DNA of 64,000 bases from the human T2T-CHM13v2.0 reference genome, Homo sapiens. The notes below the pieces were generated by a model. The model was not told the origin of the DNA. It saw only the letters and a list, made by a program, of their open reading frames with translations, and searched no databases. A program made the position numbers and the translations under genes. Shown here one piece after another: positions 51,605-64,000 of this stretch (position 1 is its first letter; each line of letters opens with the position of its first letter). The DNA lies in the NCBI RefSeq assembly GCF_009914755.1, contig NC_060929.1. One strand, given 5' to 3'.

Positions 51605-54521
51605 GAATGTTACAAACATGTTTCTTGTCTTTGTTTCTTTTTTTCTTTTGGAGCAAGAGTAGCACACACCTTTTAGTTTTCTTTTTTTTTTAATGAAATT
51701 TATTCAATCTGAATATCTAAAGCAGAAAATAGGAGAATGACTGGTTAAGGAAGAGGTTGAATGTTTGAAATCCTACCTCCTGGGATCTATCTCATCAGAT
51801 AACTCCAAATTCTTTCATGGTGGTGAAAGAGACCATTATAAACTTGAAAGAACATAGTTTGAGAACTACTACTAAATTACTCTTTAGGTGGCTTCCATTC
51901 TTAAAGCATAATTGAGATGGAGCTGGGAAAGTGATCACTCTTTCAAAATGGTGCCTCTTCAGTACATTCTCATGGTATTATAGCTGGTAAAATGATGAAG
52001 ACGGAAAGCCACTGGTGTTAATGGTGTGAAAGCCGGTACCAAGGCTGCTCAATAGACCATAATATCCATATAGATGGTAGTCAAATGTTGGCCCTATACT
52101 GTGTCCTATCCAGTTCCTCCCACTGTTGACCAACAAGTGCCACAACTCCCCCAGCCTAGACTCTGCACTCCCAGAAGGTTAGAACCTGTCCTATCATCTG
52201 TTTCAGTCCAACCTCTCTTAGTTTCAAAGCTGTGGGTTCAAGTGAGATGTTTATGTTCTTTCGGAACTTGGGCTCAAACGAAACGGTCTGGACTTTCAAA
52301 TAACAGAAAACTTGTCTTTCCCCTTACAAAAATAAAATCACCTGTTTAAGAATGGCAAAAGAAAGTAAATCACATAATAAAGAGTTGCTAAAAGACACCT
52401 GACGGCTAAAAGTCCATATAGATTTTAGTATTCTTGTTAAGTAAATGTAATCTGTGATTCATCCTTAAAAGCATTTGTTTAGACCCCGTGGCTTTTGGAA
52501 AGTTCAAACTCAGTGGCAGATGCTGAGTACTTATATATTCCTTTCACAGATTTGCTAAGAAATTTGTCCTTACGATATCATGCATTTTGATACAGTAATT
52601 ATCCACACAAACACACACACACAGAATTTAGGAACAGTTAATATGGACATGCAGAATGGATAATGGCAAAGATTTCATTATAATGGGTGCAATAATTTTT
52701 ATTTTGAGTAAGCTAACCGAATGTCATTATATGTAGCATTTGAGGTTTGCATGGTTGTGGCAAATATGCACAATTTTATTGGTTGTATAAGCACAGATAG
52801 GTATTAAAATTAGTAAAGCCAGAGGGAAAAGGTTCACTTCCATGCCCCAGTACAAATGTTAACACTACTTCAATCTTGCCCTTAAACCTTCAGTGTCCCC
52901 TAAAGATTTACACTTAGATCTGGACTCTAACTGAATTTCAGGCCATCCGTGATTGGGACTGAGCTCCATGTTTCCTTTCAGTCAGGCCGTTTTTCTCACT
53001 ATACTTCCTCTCTTCCAAAATATGACAATAGGAATTGTTGGCATTATACAATTCAGCATTAGATCTCAAGAGTATCTTTTGAAACTTGCTAACTATCTAA
53101 TATCTTATTCTTCTCTCCTAGCCTATGACAATTATACATTTTTTTCTTGCCCACTCTTGGAAGGATTGTAGAAAAGGTCATTGAGAGACAATCACTAAAA
53201 GGGCCCTTGAAAACTAAGCTAGGGTAATGTATTAGAAAGAAATGGAAGTAGGAATGAAGATACAGCCCTAGAAATCAAAATAGGGAATATAAAAACAACC
53301 AGTGTAGGCTACAATGTAAGTTACTTCTCTGAGTATCTTTTTAGAGCATGTGTTTCCATTCTTGTGCTGGGATGTTACAGGGTTAACTGCAAGACGTGGA
53401 TTTCATGTGCAAGCATCTAATAAACATTCTGTTAATGGGAGTTGCTATGAATGCTGTTGTTGTTATCAGTGTCCTTGCTATATTGGTTATAGAATTGATA
53501 ACTATTGTTATTGTTACTGTTGTTACTATTAAATTATTGACTACAGGACACAAATCCAGAATGACTGAAGTCTTTCCCTTCCACTCAGTGTCTTTTTGCC
53601 AGAGAGTGGAATAACAATTATAATTTTGATCAATGAAAGAGATTCTAAACAACTGACTCTTCCTCTCTTAGCACCCCCGAGTGTTAAACATTTTCATTCA
53701 TTAATAAATGTATTTGTAATATCTGAATTGACTAATCATTCTGTTAAATTATAGTATCTCTCCTTTAATTAACTATACTTATAGTATCTCCTCCTTTAAT
53801 TAACTGTTTTCAGGTAGCTCTACTCATGAGTCTTTACATATATTTGTGTGTTTTAAAATCTTTTTTTGTTTAAAGAAATAGAGGCTATTGTGAATTCATA
53901 TGATGGGCTTGAACTGTGATGTAAAAAGCATACTTCCTCCTTTATAAATAAAAATACTGGTCTTGTATTTATGTAGTATCCCCCCAACCAATTGAAATGA
54001 ATAGTAACTGTGATAATCACTGAATGTCTATGTTTAAATAAAACACCCCAAATATAGACATTTACTCCTATCAACATATATACCAGCTTTTATAAAATGC
54101 ACTTGGCATGTTTAGCAATGATCACTGAAAGTATTTCTGTGAACTTAAATATGGATTGAAAAGAATCTATTTAACAAAATAAAAGTGACATCTTGTCATT
54201 ATTAACATCTCAGAAATGTGTTTGTCATTCAATGAAGTCAAAGAAAAGAGAGTTTTTGCCTATAATACTTTATTCAGTTTATCTTTAATTCTTATCTTGT
54301 TTAAATTCTGCCTTAGCCTATTTTGATCACAAAATATCCTGGATTTTATTTCATTGTGTCAACTTAACTATTACGCTCAAAATGCCACTGGTTAGCTGTC
54401 ATATGATCAGCAAATATTTAGTCTATAAGGTGGGTAAGGTATTTCACTTTATGCTGATTGACATATAAAAGGGTGGGACTCAAAAGACGAATTCTCCATG
54501 CCAAGTGGTCCCTGGTGAAAG

Positions 54522-55232
54522 TGGGACTGGCGGGTTCCCTTGACCCCTTCACAAGACTTGTGACAGAGGTGTGACTCACTTAGTTGGCCGCTACCATGCT
54601 CAAACCACTTGCAGGATGGGACGCACACAGGCGAGTGGGTGCCAGGGCCAGGGTAAGTGCTTTTGGGTTCCAGAGCCATGGCAGCATCTAGGGGTGTGCT
54701 ACAATTAATGCTCTTTTAGCAGTTGCCGTCCATGGATGACTATGTGTTATCTAGCTCAGTAGAGAGTCAGGGTGACAGCCTTTTACACTCTGCCCTCTTG
54801 GTACCTGGGTTCTTGTCCAGCATCCAGGAAGAATCAGGTCACAGGGACTTGAAGGATGGTGAATGCGAAGATTTTATTGAGTGATGGAGGTGGCTCTCAG
54901 CAGGGTGGGGAGCTGGAAAGGGGATGGAGTGGGAAGATAATCTTCCCCTGGAGTTTGGCTGTCCCTAGCCCAACTCTTCTTGACGTTCAGACACTTCTTC
55001 TCTCCTTTTCTGCTGCACTTCTCTGCTGCTCTGCTAGCAGAGTTTGGGGGGTTTATGGGTACAGGATGGGGAGTGTGGCAGGCCAGGGCAATTTTGGGAA
55101 AAGCAACATTTGGTTGGGAAAACAGGGATAGCCGTTCTCATTTAGGGTTATGGTTTCCAGGCTTGAGGGTGGGGCATTTGCTGGGGAACCACCCTCTTCT
55201 ACCCAGTATTTTCCTGCCTCCTGTTTGCATCA
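54522..55232 (-). mobile_element. ERV1 solo LTR (MER52/LTR27-28 group)
   Basis: TG..CA termini with a 4-bp TSD AAAG (54518-54521 and 55233-55236); gggttcttgtccagcatccaggaagaatcaggtcac and gattttattgagtgatggaggtggctctcag (antisense AATAAA). Confidence 0.85.
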
Positions 55233-57079
55233 AAAGTAGATGTGACATTTAGGATTGCTCTCTTAATGAACTAGAAGAGTTGATTACTATTGCCGTTTGA
55301 TTGTTCATCTTATCAAATATAGGCTCCTTTAGGGCAAACACCTTGTGTATTTCCTTCACTCTGGCACTCCTGGTGTTTGCCACAAAGCCACATCTTAAAT
55401 ATCTGTCAAATTAATGAGCCTACTATTTTATTAACTTTGTGTTGGGCCAAAACAAGCTTTTGAACATTATCAAATTGTACACTTTTTCACATAATGACCA
55501 ATTTTTAGAAAATTCTGCCATATGTTTTTTTTATGCTCAGTCATATCTGATTTGCCATATATGGTGGCTGAGTTTCATTTCTCCACTTACTGGACCCACC
55601 CTTTGAGTTCCTTATAGTTACTTAATATTTATTGAGTGTTTGGTATCCAGTGGCTTTGCGCACTAGTCCTTCTGTTTAAAATATTACCCCTGCAATGTAA
55701 GAGTCTATCATTCACATTAAATGCAATCCTCCATCAGATACATAAAAGTTTGAAAATCTGGATTGCCAGGTGCTGAATTAATGATACCCTGTACTGGTAC
55801 TTGTTGGTTTGGGATAGGCACCCTCTCAGCCCTGAACAAAAGGCCCCGTGAGTAGCACTGACTGCAAAATATTCTGACTCGAACTTAGGCCGCCTAATAG
55901 CCATCATGAGAAATTTACATGATCCTATAGCACACTTTAGGGAAACTTATGCAACTTGCCAGTTCACTTTGTTTGCAGTAGTCAAAGCCCTGGAGACATC
56001 AGCATTTAACTGTGATTTGAAATTGCTGAAGTGGGCCGTTCCACTAGGCTGCATGGCCTACACAGCAAGTCTAATAACAGACGGCCCTGTTTGGGGGGAA
56101 ATGACCAGACAAGCTGTATTCAGATTATCTTCAGGGAGAAGGCATTAATGCCTGAAGAAACTGCTTTTCTCCCTCACCCCCACCCTACTCTATTTTGCTT
56201 TTCTTCTTCTTTTTTTTTTTTTTGGATAGAGCATAAATGTAACCTGTGCTGACCTTGGGCTCAATGTTTTTATTCATGGTTTGTTGAACTCTTGGTCAAG
56301 TTTCCATCTCTGTTATTAATCATTCAGATTGCAATTGTCAAACAGACAATTGGAACCCTTCTGCATAAAAGCTGAGTAAACAGGGTGCAGTTTGGGGGAA
56401 ATAGAAAAAGAATGAAAACAGAGGATTAAAGCAAATAAAATAGATTAACCCTTGACACGATAATTTATACTAGGACTAGAAGTCCAACAGAAGAGCTGTT
56501 GTAGATTACATACGTGATTAATCACTGCTATAGTTTCATTGGTGACAAAATGATTAATAAAGTTTAAGACAAAAACAAATCTTTTCGCATCTGCACCTAA
56601 GTGTGCAAAATCTAGCAAGGGTTTCTCATCCAGACCTTGGTTCCCTTGCAGGATGGACAAACTTTTAATTCAGATTTTTGCGGCCCTGGTTAAGATAAAA
56701 GCATCATCTTTACAATAGATCCACCCTGGCTTACTTGTGAAATAAAGGGTTAGGAACAGGAACCCAATTCTGAAAAGGCTTACTAGCACGAGGTTTATTT
56801 GTGTTCAGCCACCAAGGCGCACAAATGCTGCTAGCCAGGAGATCAAGCAGTATTCCCTCTAGTTCTTCTTTGCCCAAGGAAGCAATTGTGCATTCCAATA
56901 AAAAATAGAATATTGGAGAAGGGATAGAAGAATGGATAGATGTAAGAAGACTTTACGGAATGTAGCATTTTACTTTTGTTTTTTAATAATAGCCTGTTTC
57001 AATAGGGTGTGTTATCAGTTTGTAATGTGCTTTCACATACATCATCTTTTTCACATCCTTAGGACTCAGAATAACTCAG

Positions 57080-57261
57080 ACTTTACGGTTATGAAAATTA
57101 CTTGGGGCACTTGGTAAATGGTCATATTCCTGAGTCCCTCCCCCACAGATTTAGTGTCAGTAGATGAGGAGGGGAGAGAGAGATGAGTGCTCCATATCTT
57201 AACAAATATCTGCAGGTGAATGTGAAGCAGGCAAATCTCAAAGAGGCTTTAAGAAATGCTG
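57080..57261. mobile_element. MER5A-like element inside a MIR
   Basis: attacttggggcacttggtaaa..attcctgagtccctccccacagat..taacaaatatctgcaggtga..tttaagaaatgctg. Confidence 0.6.
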
Positions 57262-57463
57262 TCGTAAGGCTCAGATAAGTTATATTTGTTTTATTGGTAA
57301 AGAAACTGAGAATTGAAGAAATGAATTCAAGATTATAAAGCTAGAAAACTTTGGAGTTTTGAAACTGTCCAGGTTTCCTTCTGCAACGATCGCTTTGGAT
57401 GGGAAGAGTCCCAACATAGTTTCCATAGACAGCACAGAGGGCTGTGGCTTAAACAAAATGAAC

Positions 57464-57640
57464 CAGTGCTTTTCAAACTTGGCTGCACATTGAAATTACC
57501 TGGGGGACTTTAGATACATGGATGCTCTTGTTCCACCCCTATTTATTGTAATTTTTATTGATCTGGGGAGTGATTTGGAGTTGGACGTTTTTCAAAGATC
57601 TCTAGGTGATCAAAAGTGCAGATAAGTTTGGGAATCACTG
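57464..57640. mobile_element. MER5A1/MER5B, full length
   Basis: TIRs cagtgcttttcaaact / agtttgggaatcactg; degenerate 8-bp TSD aaatgaac / gtatgaac. Confidence 0.85.
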
Positions 57641-57661
57641 GTATGAACGTTTGAATTAAGA

Positions 57662-57959
57662 CAGTATTTCCCAAATTGATTCGTGTGTGTCATGTGATAT
57701 GTAAGATGGCTTCTGTGGTAGAGAAACATTTTAAAATAGTTACATATTTATTTTTATATGTAGTTTTTTAAATGTTATAATAAACCAGACCCATTATCAC
57801 CTACATATTCTTTCGCACAAAGCTAAAGTAGACATTTGCATTATTTTTAAGAGTGAATTACTTTAAAAATTATTAAGCAATTAATAGTATGACTGTATGT
57901 GGAAATGGCAATAAAAGAGAAAGTGATATAGAAATAAATGAAATTTAGAGAAAACTATG
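57662..57959. mobile_element. hAT-Charlie MITE (MER113-like, tentative)
   Basis: TIR-like ends cagtatttcccaaatt / aatttagagaaaactatg around an AT-rich interior. Confidence 0.5.
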
Positions 57960-58458
57960 TTAAGTAATTACGTTTCTAGAAGATGTCTGTTTCATAGGTG
58001 CAAGTAGGCTCTTGAGACAATGTCTGTTCCCTCATTCATTTGGTTGCTGTATTAGGACACTGGTAAATCAACATTATGTTGTCAGCTACCTAGAGAGATC
58101 AGATCCTAGTGAGACAAGATCATGAGGCATCTGGGGTGACAGAAGGTGACAGAGGCATGAGTGGCAGTAAATGACTAGGAACAGTTTTATCTTCTTCACA
58201 AAGGTCGTCAGCTGGCCCTGGGTTTAGCATACAGACGTGGGAGCAACGTGAAAGAGGCAAGATATTTCCCCAAATAACTTAAGGTTTTAAGAAAAAAACT
58301 GAGATATGATTGAAAATAATTCTGGAAGCTATCTGGACTCTAAATATAAGATGTTGGCAAAGAAAATCTTAAAGAAACTAGTGGATAAGAAATTGTTTAA
58401 CCAGATATTGTAGCATAAAATCACAATCACCACCAGAATAATAACAACAGCAATAACA

Positions 58459-58513
58459 TTAGGTTGGTCCAACAGTAATTGTAGTCTTTGCCATTATTTT
58501 TGCACTAACCTAA
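58459..58513. mobile_element. MADE1 (Hsmar1 MITE), internally deleted
   Basis: ttaggttggtccaacagtaattg...ttttgcactaacctaa inverted termini. Confidence 0.85.
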
Positions 58514-58619
58514 TAATATGATGTAGTACTGACAAGTCAATATCTGAGAAAGATCAGGGCCACACTACATAATATTCAAAACTCTATCCCAATATATTAG
58601 TATTTAATATATGATAATG

Positions 58620-59880
58620 ATAAAAAAATAGATGTCATTGGAATGATTCCCTTGTAATTGAAAAAAAAAATACATGTGTATCCCCACCTTGTGAATTATA
58701 CCAAGGTAATTTCCAGATGAAATAAAGATATACATGCTAAAAACTAGAAGTATTAGAAGTACAGACAAATACAAATATATATATATAAAACATTCAAATG
58801 GAGAAACTTTGCTTTAATGAAATAAAAAACAGAAACCATAAAGGAACAATACATTGGCAGATATAACCATATGGTAATTTAGTTTTCATATGACAAAATT
58901 AATGGCAAATAAACAATGGATTAAAATATTTGCGACTTATGGTACAAAATGTTAATATCCTTGAGATAGAAATAAGTCTTATAAATCAGTAAGTGGAGAC
59001 AAGTATACCAATAGAAATGGCCAATAGACAGAAAGATGTAATTCTCAAAGAAAAGCATATTAAATATTTATTGAACATGAAAAATGCAAGTAATGAAACT
59101 TAAATTACAGTAATAAAATATATTTTTATCAATTTGGCAAAAAATAAATTATAACATAAATAGATTATAAATAGGTACAACAATTTTGGAGGGTTATTTG
59201 ACAATAAACAGCAAAATGCAATTTTGCAAGGTCCTTGATCTAACAGTTCCACTTTTAAGAATTTATCAGAAGACAAATGTTGACAAGAACAAAACTTTAG
59301 CTGTAGTATCGTTTGTTTCCACATTATTTAGAACACTGGGAATTTATAATATTTTACATGCTAAAAATAGTACAGTAGTTAAATAATTTTTGTCCATTAA
59401 AAAACAGAATAGAATACCATTATTGAAACTGATGTGCTGAGAAACATAAATATGACAGACTTAATAAAAGAAGAATGGAAAAATATTGATATTGTTAAAC
59501 TTGGTCATTGGATACAGTTGGGTTCATTATATCGTTTTCTCTAATTTTTGAATGCTCAAAGTTTTTCATAGCAAAAGTGTGTTTTGTTAACCAATGAGGT
59601 AAGATAATATGCACTGACATAGAAAAAGTTTCTCAATATAGTTAGTGTAAAAAGCAGGCTAATGAAACTTAAATGTGATATAATGTGAGATTTTGGAGTG
59701 AAAAAGCAGTATATGTCTTTGTGTCCTACACAAAGGGAAAAAAAAGTTGAAGGAAATAACCGAAGGTTTAAAAATTATTGCAGTAACGTTGTGGTTGCCC
59801 ATAATTTTTCTTTTTAATCCATATTTTCATCAATGAGCATGTGCAGCATTTTTAATAAGAAAATATGTTATGAAATAATA
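58620..59880 (+). mobile_element. L1ME-type LINE, ORF2 end and 3'UTR, decayed
   Basis: ccccaccttgtgaattatacc, ccaatagaaatggcc, ggtacaacaattttggaggg, cttgatctaacagttccactt. Confidence 0.75.
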
Positions 59881-59929
59881 TTTGATAGTAATATTTTACC
59901 TTGACATTTTAAAAGTATAAATTCTTTTC

Positions 59930-60170
59930 AAGCAGTCAATTATTTATTTGACATGTATTGAGCACTAACTCATGTCAGGCTTTGTGAATGGAAGTGTAAG
60001 GAGAAAGATGAACATGACATAGTTCTTCATCCTCATTATACTCACACGGAAACTAGGTACACACGTGGGTAATTCCAGAACATCGTGGTAAATGCTGTCA
60101 CAGCACAATACCTAAAGAGCTATAGGAACCCACAGAGAAAAAGAATATTATTCTGGTTTCATTAAAGGTT
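59930..60170 (-). mobile_element. L2 3' end
   Basis: tatttatttgacatgtattgagcactaactcatgtcaggc..aagatgaacatgacatagttc. Confidence 0.75.
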
Positions 60171-60610
60171 TGATAAAAAGTTAACAAGAACTTGGTTTTC
60201 AACTATTACTAATGACCTAAAAGTTTTCTTGTCATGAAGGACTTTGAGTTTCAGTCGCCATTATTTTAGCTACCCACACCACCTGCAGGCTGGCAGGAGA
60301 GGCAAATCACCTGGGTGCTGGGCCCAGGGATGTCACTGGTACTCTTCCAGGAACCATTCTAGCTCTGGACAGCTCCATTTCCTCAGCACTGTCTCCTGAC
60401 CCTTGAGCTTGTCCCAAAAAGCCTGGAGAGCAGCCTTGGGAGAGTCTTGTGCTGGTGGAGATACTGACAAGTGTACAGAGAATGGTTTTGGCCCTGATTA
60501 AGCCCTCTCATTGCTAGAATATCTGTAGTGACTTTAGTTTCCCTTATAGTTATTTTTTGAGAGAAATGAATTGTTTGAATATACCTTACCTGCATGCAGA
60601 TCACTCAAAA

Positions 60611-60986
60611 CAGAATTCTATTCTCCAGTACCATAGGCACTAACTACATGTGGCCACTCGGCAATTGAAATATGATTAAGCTCAAATTGCAATGAGATAG
60701 AAGTCTAAAATAACATACCAGATTTCAAAAACTTTGTGAAAAAAATATATAATCTCTTATTTAGCTTTCCTTCTTGCAAAAAAAAAAACAAACATGTAAT
60801 CTAAACCATTGTTATATTGGTTACATGTTAAAATGAAAATATTTTTGAATTTGGGCTAAATAACATATATTACTAACATTAATTTCACCTTTTTCTAACT
60901 TATGTAATGAGGCTACTAGAAAATTTAAAATTACAGGTGTGGCTTACATTTGTGACTTCACCTGAGAGTTCTATTGGATAGCACTG
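60611..60986. mobile_element. MER33 (hAT-Charlie)
   Basis: actaactacatgtggcc, cataccagatttcaaaaactt, ggctactagaaaatttaaaattaca, ctattggatagcactg. Confidence 0.85.
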
Positions 60987-61454
60987 GATTAAAAGCTTCA
61001 ACAGATGAGCCCTAAGGTACCTCCAAATGCTGAAATTTTATAAGTGCTTTATTCCATCTTCACAATAATTCTATTTGGTGAGGATGGCATTTTACAGATG
61101 AGAAAACCATAACAAATGGCTCATCAGCTCACTTCCCGAATCCACTGAAGAGCATTGAATAAGTTATTTTGTTTGTTCTGTTTGGTTGGTGAAGTATTTG
61201 CTTTAATACTTCTTAAAGTACAGTGGGGAAATGGGCAATCCACAACATTCAATCACTTGGCAGTTAGTTTGTCCTTCTTATTTCCCATGTGATAAGGAAC
61301 AGGCATATCAGCAAGTAAGCTCATCAGTTCAAATTCTCAATCTCTCTCCTCCTGCTCTCATGCGTGTGCGTGCACACCCACACACATACTTCTAAAGATG
61401 TCTGCCATTTAAAATAGTCACTTAGAAATATAGAGTATGCTCTAATGGTCCCTG

Positions 61455-61556
61455 ATTGGATCATTATACAACATAGAGATATATCAAGAAATCACACCGT
61501 ACCCCATAAATATGTACAATTACAATGTACCAATTTTAAAAATTAGTAAATAAAAG
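61455..61556 (+). mobile_element. L1 (L1MA/L1PB-type) 3' terminus
   Basis: atcacaccgtaccccataaatatgtacaattacaatgtaccaattttaaaa. Confidence 0.8.
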
Positions 61557-64000
61557 AATGTAAAAATATATAGACTATTAGTTATATAGCTAAGGGGAAA
61601 TGTGAAGTCTTCTAGTAAAGGAGCCTCTTCTCCTAATTTCCCCCATCCCTTACACCCAACCCCTGTCTTCCCCCAGCTGTGGGGCCCTTCCTTCACATAA
61701 GCTATTGGATAGAATACTGGTACTGAATACAGATTAACAATGTGCTGCTCCGGTGGATGCAATGGATATCTGGAATCCTCCTCCCTCTGCTTTGCCTTAC
61801 AATTCCTGAAGCACATCTGAGTTTCTTCAAAATCCAGTTTGAAAAGAAAAGTTAGGCCCAGAGAAGTGAATTTCAGGAACATTACTGAGTTGTATATCAT
61901 TGAAGGTTGTATTTCCTCTATCACCAGGTCCATTTCCAGAACTAACCCAAGTCTTGAGTCAGAATAGCAAGGATGCACCTTCTCCATTCTAAGGGAAGAA
62001 CTAAGTAAGAATCTCTCTTGGGTATGTAGACAAAGGAGATAGGATAGACAGAATGCCTTAGAAACCAACGAAAACAAATCAAACTATGGTGCATTTATTC
62101 ACTTACCTTTCTATTTCACAGTAATACAGCCTTGATTTCCAGAATTAAATTGTACGTTGTCAGTAAAAGCCCAACACTTTTTGTTGTTGTTTCAAGCTAC
62201 AGTCACTTTGTTTTGGAGCTAAGTAGATACTGGGCCTCTTTCTTTCCTGACCTTTGTGATGATTTTGTAAGAAAAACATTCCACCGGCAGCCTGCCTTCA
62301 CTCCACTTTTAAGCTCTTCTTAGGAAGCTCACATCTGGTAAGTGCAGATGGCTATCACTAAAGGCATAATACAAAAAAAAAAAAAAAAAAAGTAGAGACC
62401 TCCTTAGGTTTCTGGCTACTCTATGTCAACAAGCTGAGTCAGTGTTTGTGATTTTATCCTAATAAGTTTTCTTTTCTGGGTACAAATCAAGCTCAGCCTC
62501 CTAACCTTTTCAGAGAACTTACTCTCATTCCTCAGAAATCAATGATCAGGAGGGCATTTGGTTCTGAATGAGTATATGTCACTCTACTCTGAAGAAAACC
62601 CAATGTTTACATTTTTATCTGTTGATATTTTAATTAACAATTTAAGTGCAATGTTTGCCCTGTGAGTTCAATGGGAAAAACTCTGCAAATAAACAGCAGT
62701 TCCCTCTTGGACAATCACTCTGTAAATTAGCTTACTTTGTCAATAAAGTGCATGCCTATCAGACTCTTCAAAGCAGCAGGGGTAAGGATGTTCATTTACT
62801 TAAGCAGTAGGTTCTACCATTAGCGTTTGTGATTGGTGTTAATTAGAACTGTGTGTGCATGTCTCCCTGCCACAGAGCCCACGTTTTCAAAATCCTAGTA
62901 ACAATCAAGCTATTAATAAATTAATTACCCATATTTGTTTCTGTTTCTTTTCTAATCTAATTGAACCTTTTTGAGCAACACCATCTTGATGAACATTCGA
63001 GGACTGGTTTCCCGGAACTACAGTGGTTTAAATCGTGCTTGATGACTGTTTTTAAAAGAGCCTTCTATGACTGTTTAACCTAGTCATCAAACTTTTCAGA
63101 GTGGGTACAGTTGGGAAGCCTAAGTATTTTAGCAATTTGGAACAATTTTTTGAAGTTTTTTTTTTTTTTTTTTTTGAATTAAATGCGCTTTGATGAAGTA
63201 AATGTTTTATTTTTCCCAAACGAAGCATTCAAAGTAAACAAACTGGATTTATTGGCATTCAAGATAATTCAGAGTATTAGGAGATATCTAAGAGGATATT
63301 AAGGTTGTGTTGACAAAGTTGGGTAATTAGAGCAATTATGTAGATAATTCAGATGCTCCTGGTGGAGACTTGGGGTCCTTGATATTAGAGAGCTCAGCTA
63401 CCCCGTGGGGAAAGTATTTTCCTTAGACCTAAAATATCCAGACAGAATAGATTATTTTTAGCTCTCTCTCTTTGCCTTGGGAGATATAACCTAAATGTTT
63501 CTCAATTACCCTGAAACTGGACATCAGGCAAGCCAATGTATCTCAAAGCTATTTTCAGTAGTGCTAGCATTTAGAGTGCAGAAAGGAGTGAGACATGATT
63601 TATATATTACATTGTTGGACTATTTAATATTAACATTTAAGTGCTACTTTTTATCAGCAAGCACATGATTCTCTGGAAGAGTTGAGGAGCATCTCAATCC
63701 AGCTTGGTGCTTTGTATTGGTCTGTACCTTACAGAAGGGTTTAAAACTTACAATTCGTTATACCCCTTGAGAAATTCCCTATAGATCAAGTAGGAAACTC
63801 ATAGTTTTGTTTTTTCTATGGCTTATTTTCTGCTTTGATATCACCAGTCACCCTGAGAATTATGTACCTCTTCATTTCCTGTCTCAATCCTGTTGATTTG
63901 ACTCGTGGACACCTAAGCGTCAGCTGTAACTGTGCTTGTGGGTTCTTACACCTTGATGGGTACCTAGACCCTAAGGATGTCTTTTTAATAATTAGAAAAA

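Noticed and set aside
61520-62077. Longest ORF in the track (185 aa, minus strand)
   Set aside because: No recognisable domain, a non-ATG start, and it ends in an L1 3' fragment; consistent with a chance ORF.

Overview
AT-rich (roughly 35-40% GC by eye), CpG-depleted primate genomic DNA, most likely human, that reads as intronic or intergenic. I find no credible protein-coding gene, rRNA, tRNA or CRISPR array. The listed ORFs are chance ORFs or translations of repeats, except one that is a fossil CR1/L3 reverse-transcriptase fragment (~30.1-30.3 kb). The window holds 9 full-length Alus (most with visible target-site duplications), a FAM monomer, old L1/L2/L3 LINE fragments, MIRs, DNA-transposon fossils (Tigger3a, MER44, MER5, MER20, MER33, MADE1/2), MaLR LTRs and ERV1-type solo LTRs. 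Between them are repeat-poor blocks rich in homeodomain (TAAT) motifs that look like conserved non-coding or enhancer sequence. The most unusual items are a ~70-nt imperfect palindrome at 22.04-22.12 kb, a possible LF-SINE relic at 13.56 kb, an old ~135-bp local duplication whose second copy interrupts a MIR, and a four-level nested transposon stack at 50.7-51.9 kb. I do not see convincing evidence of a novel multi-component biological system. Repeat family names come from recalled consensus sequences rather than a RepeatMasker run, and boundaries of old elements are approximate.
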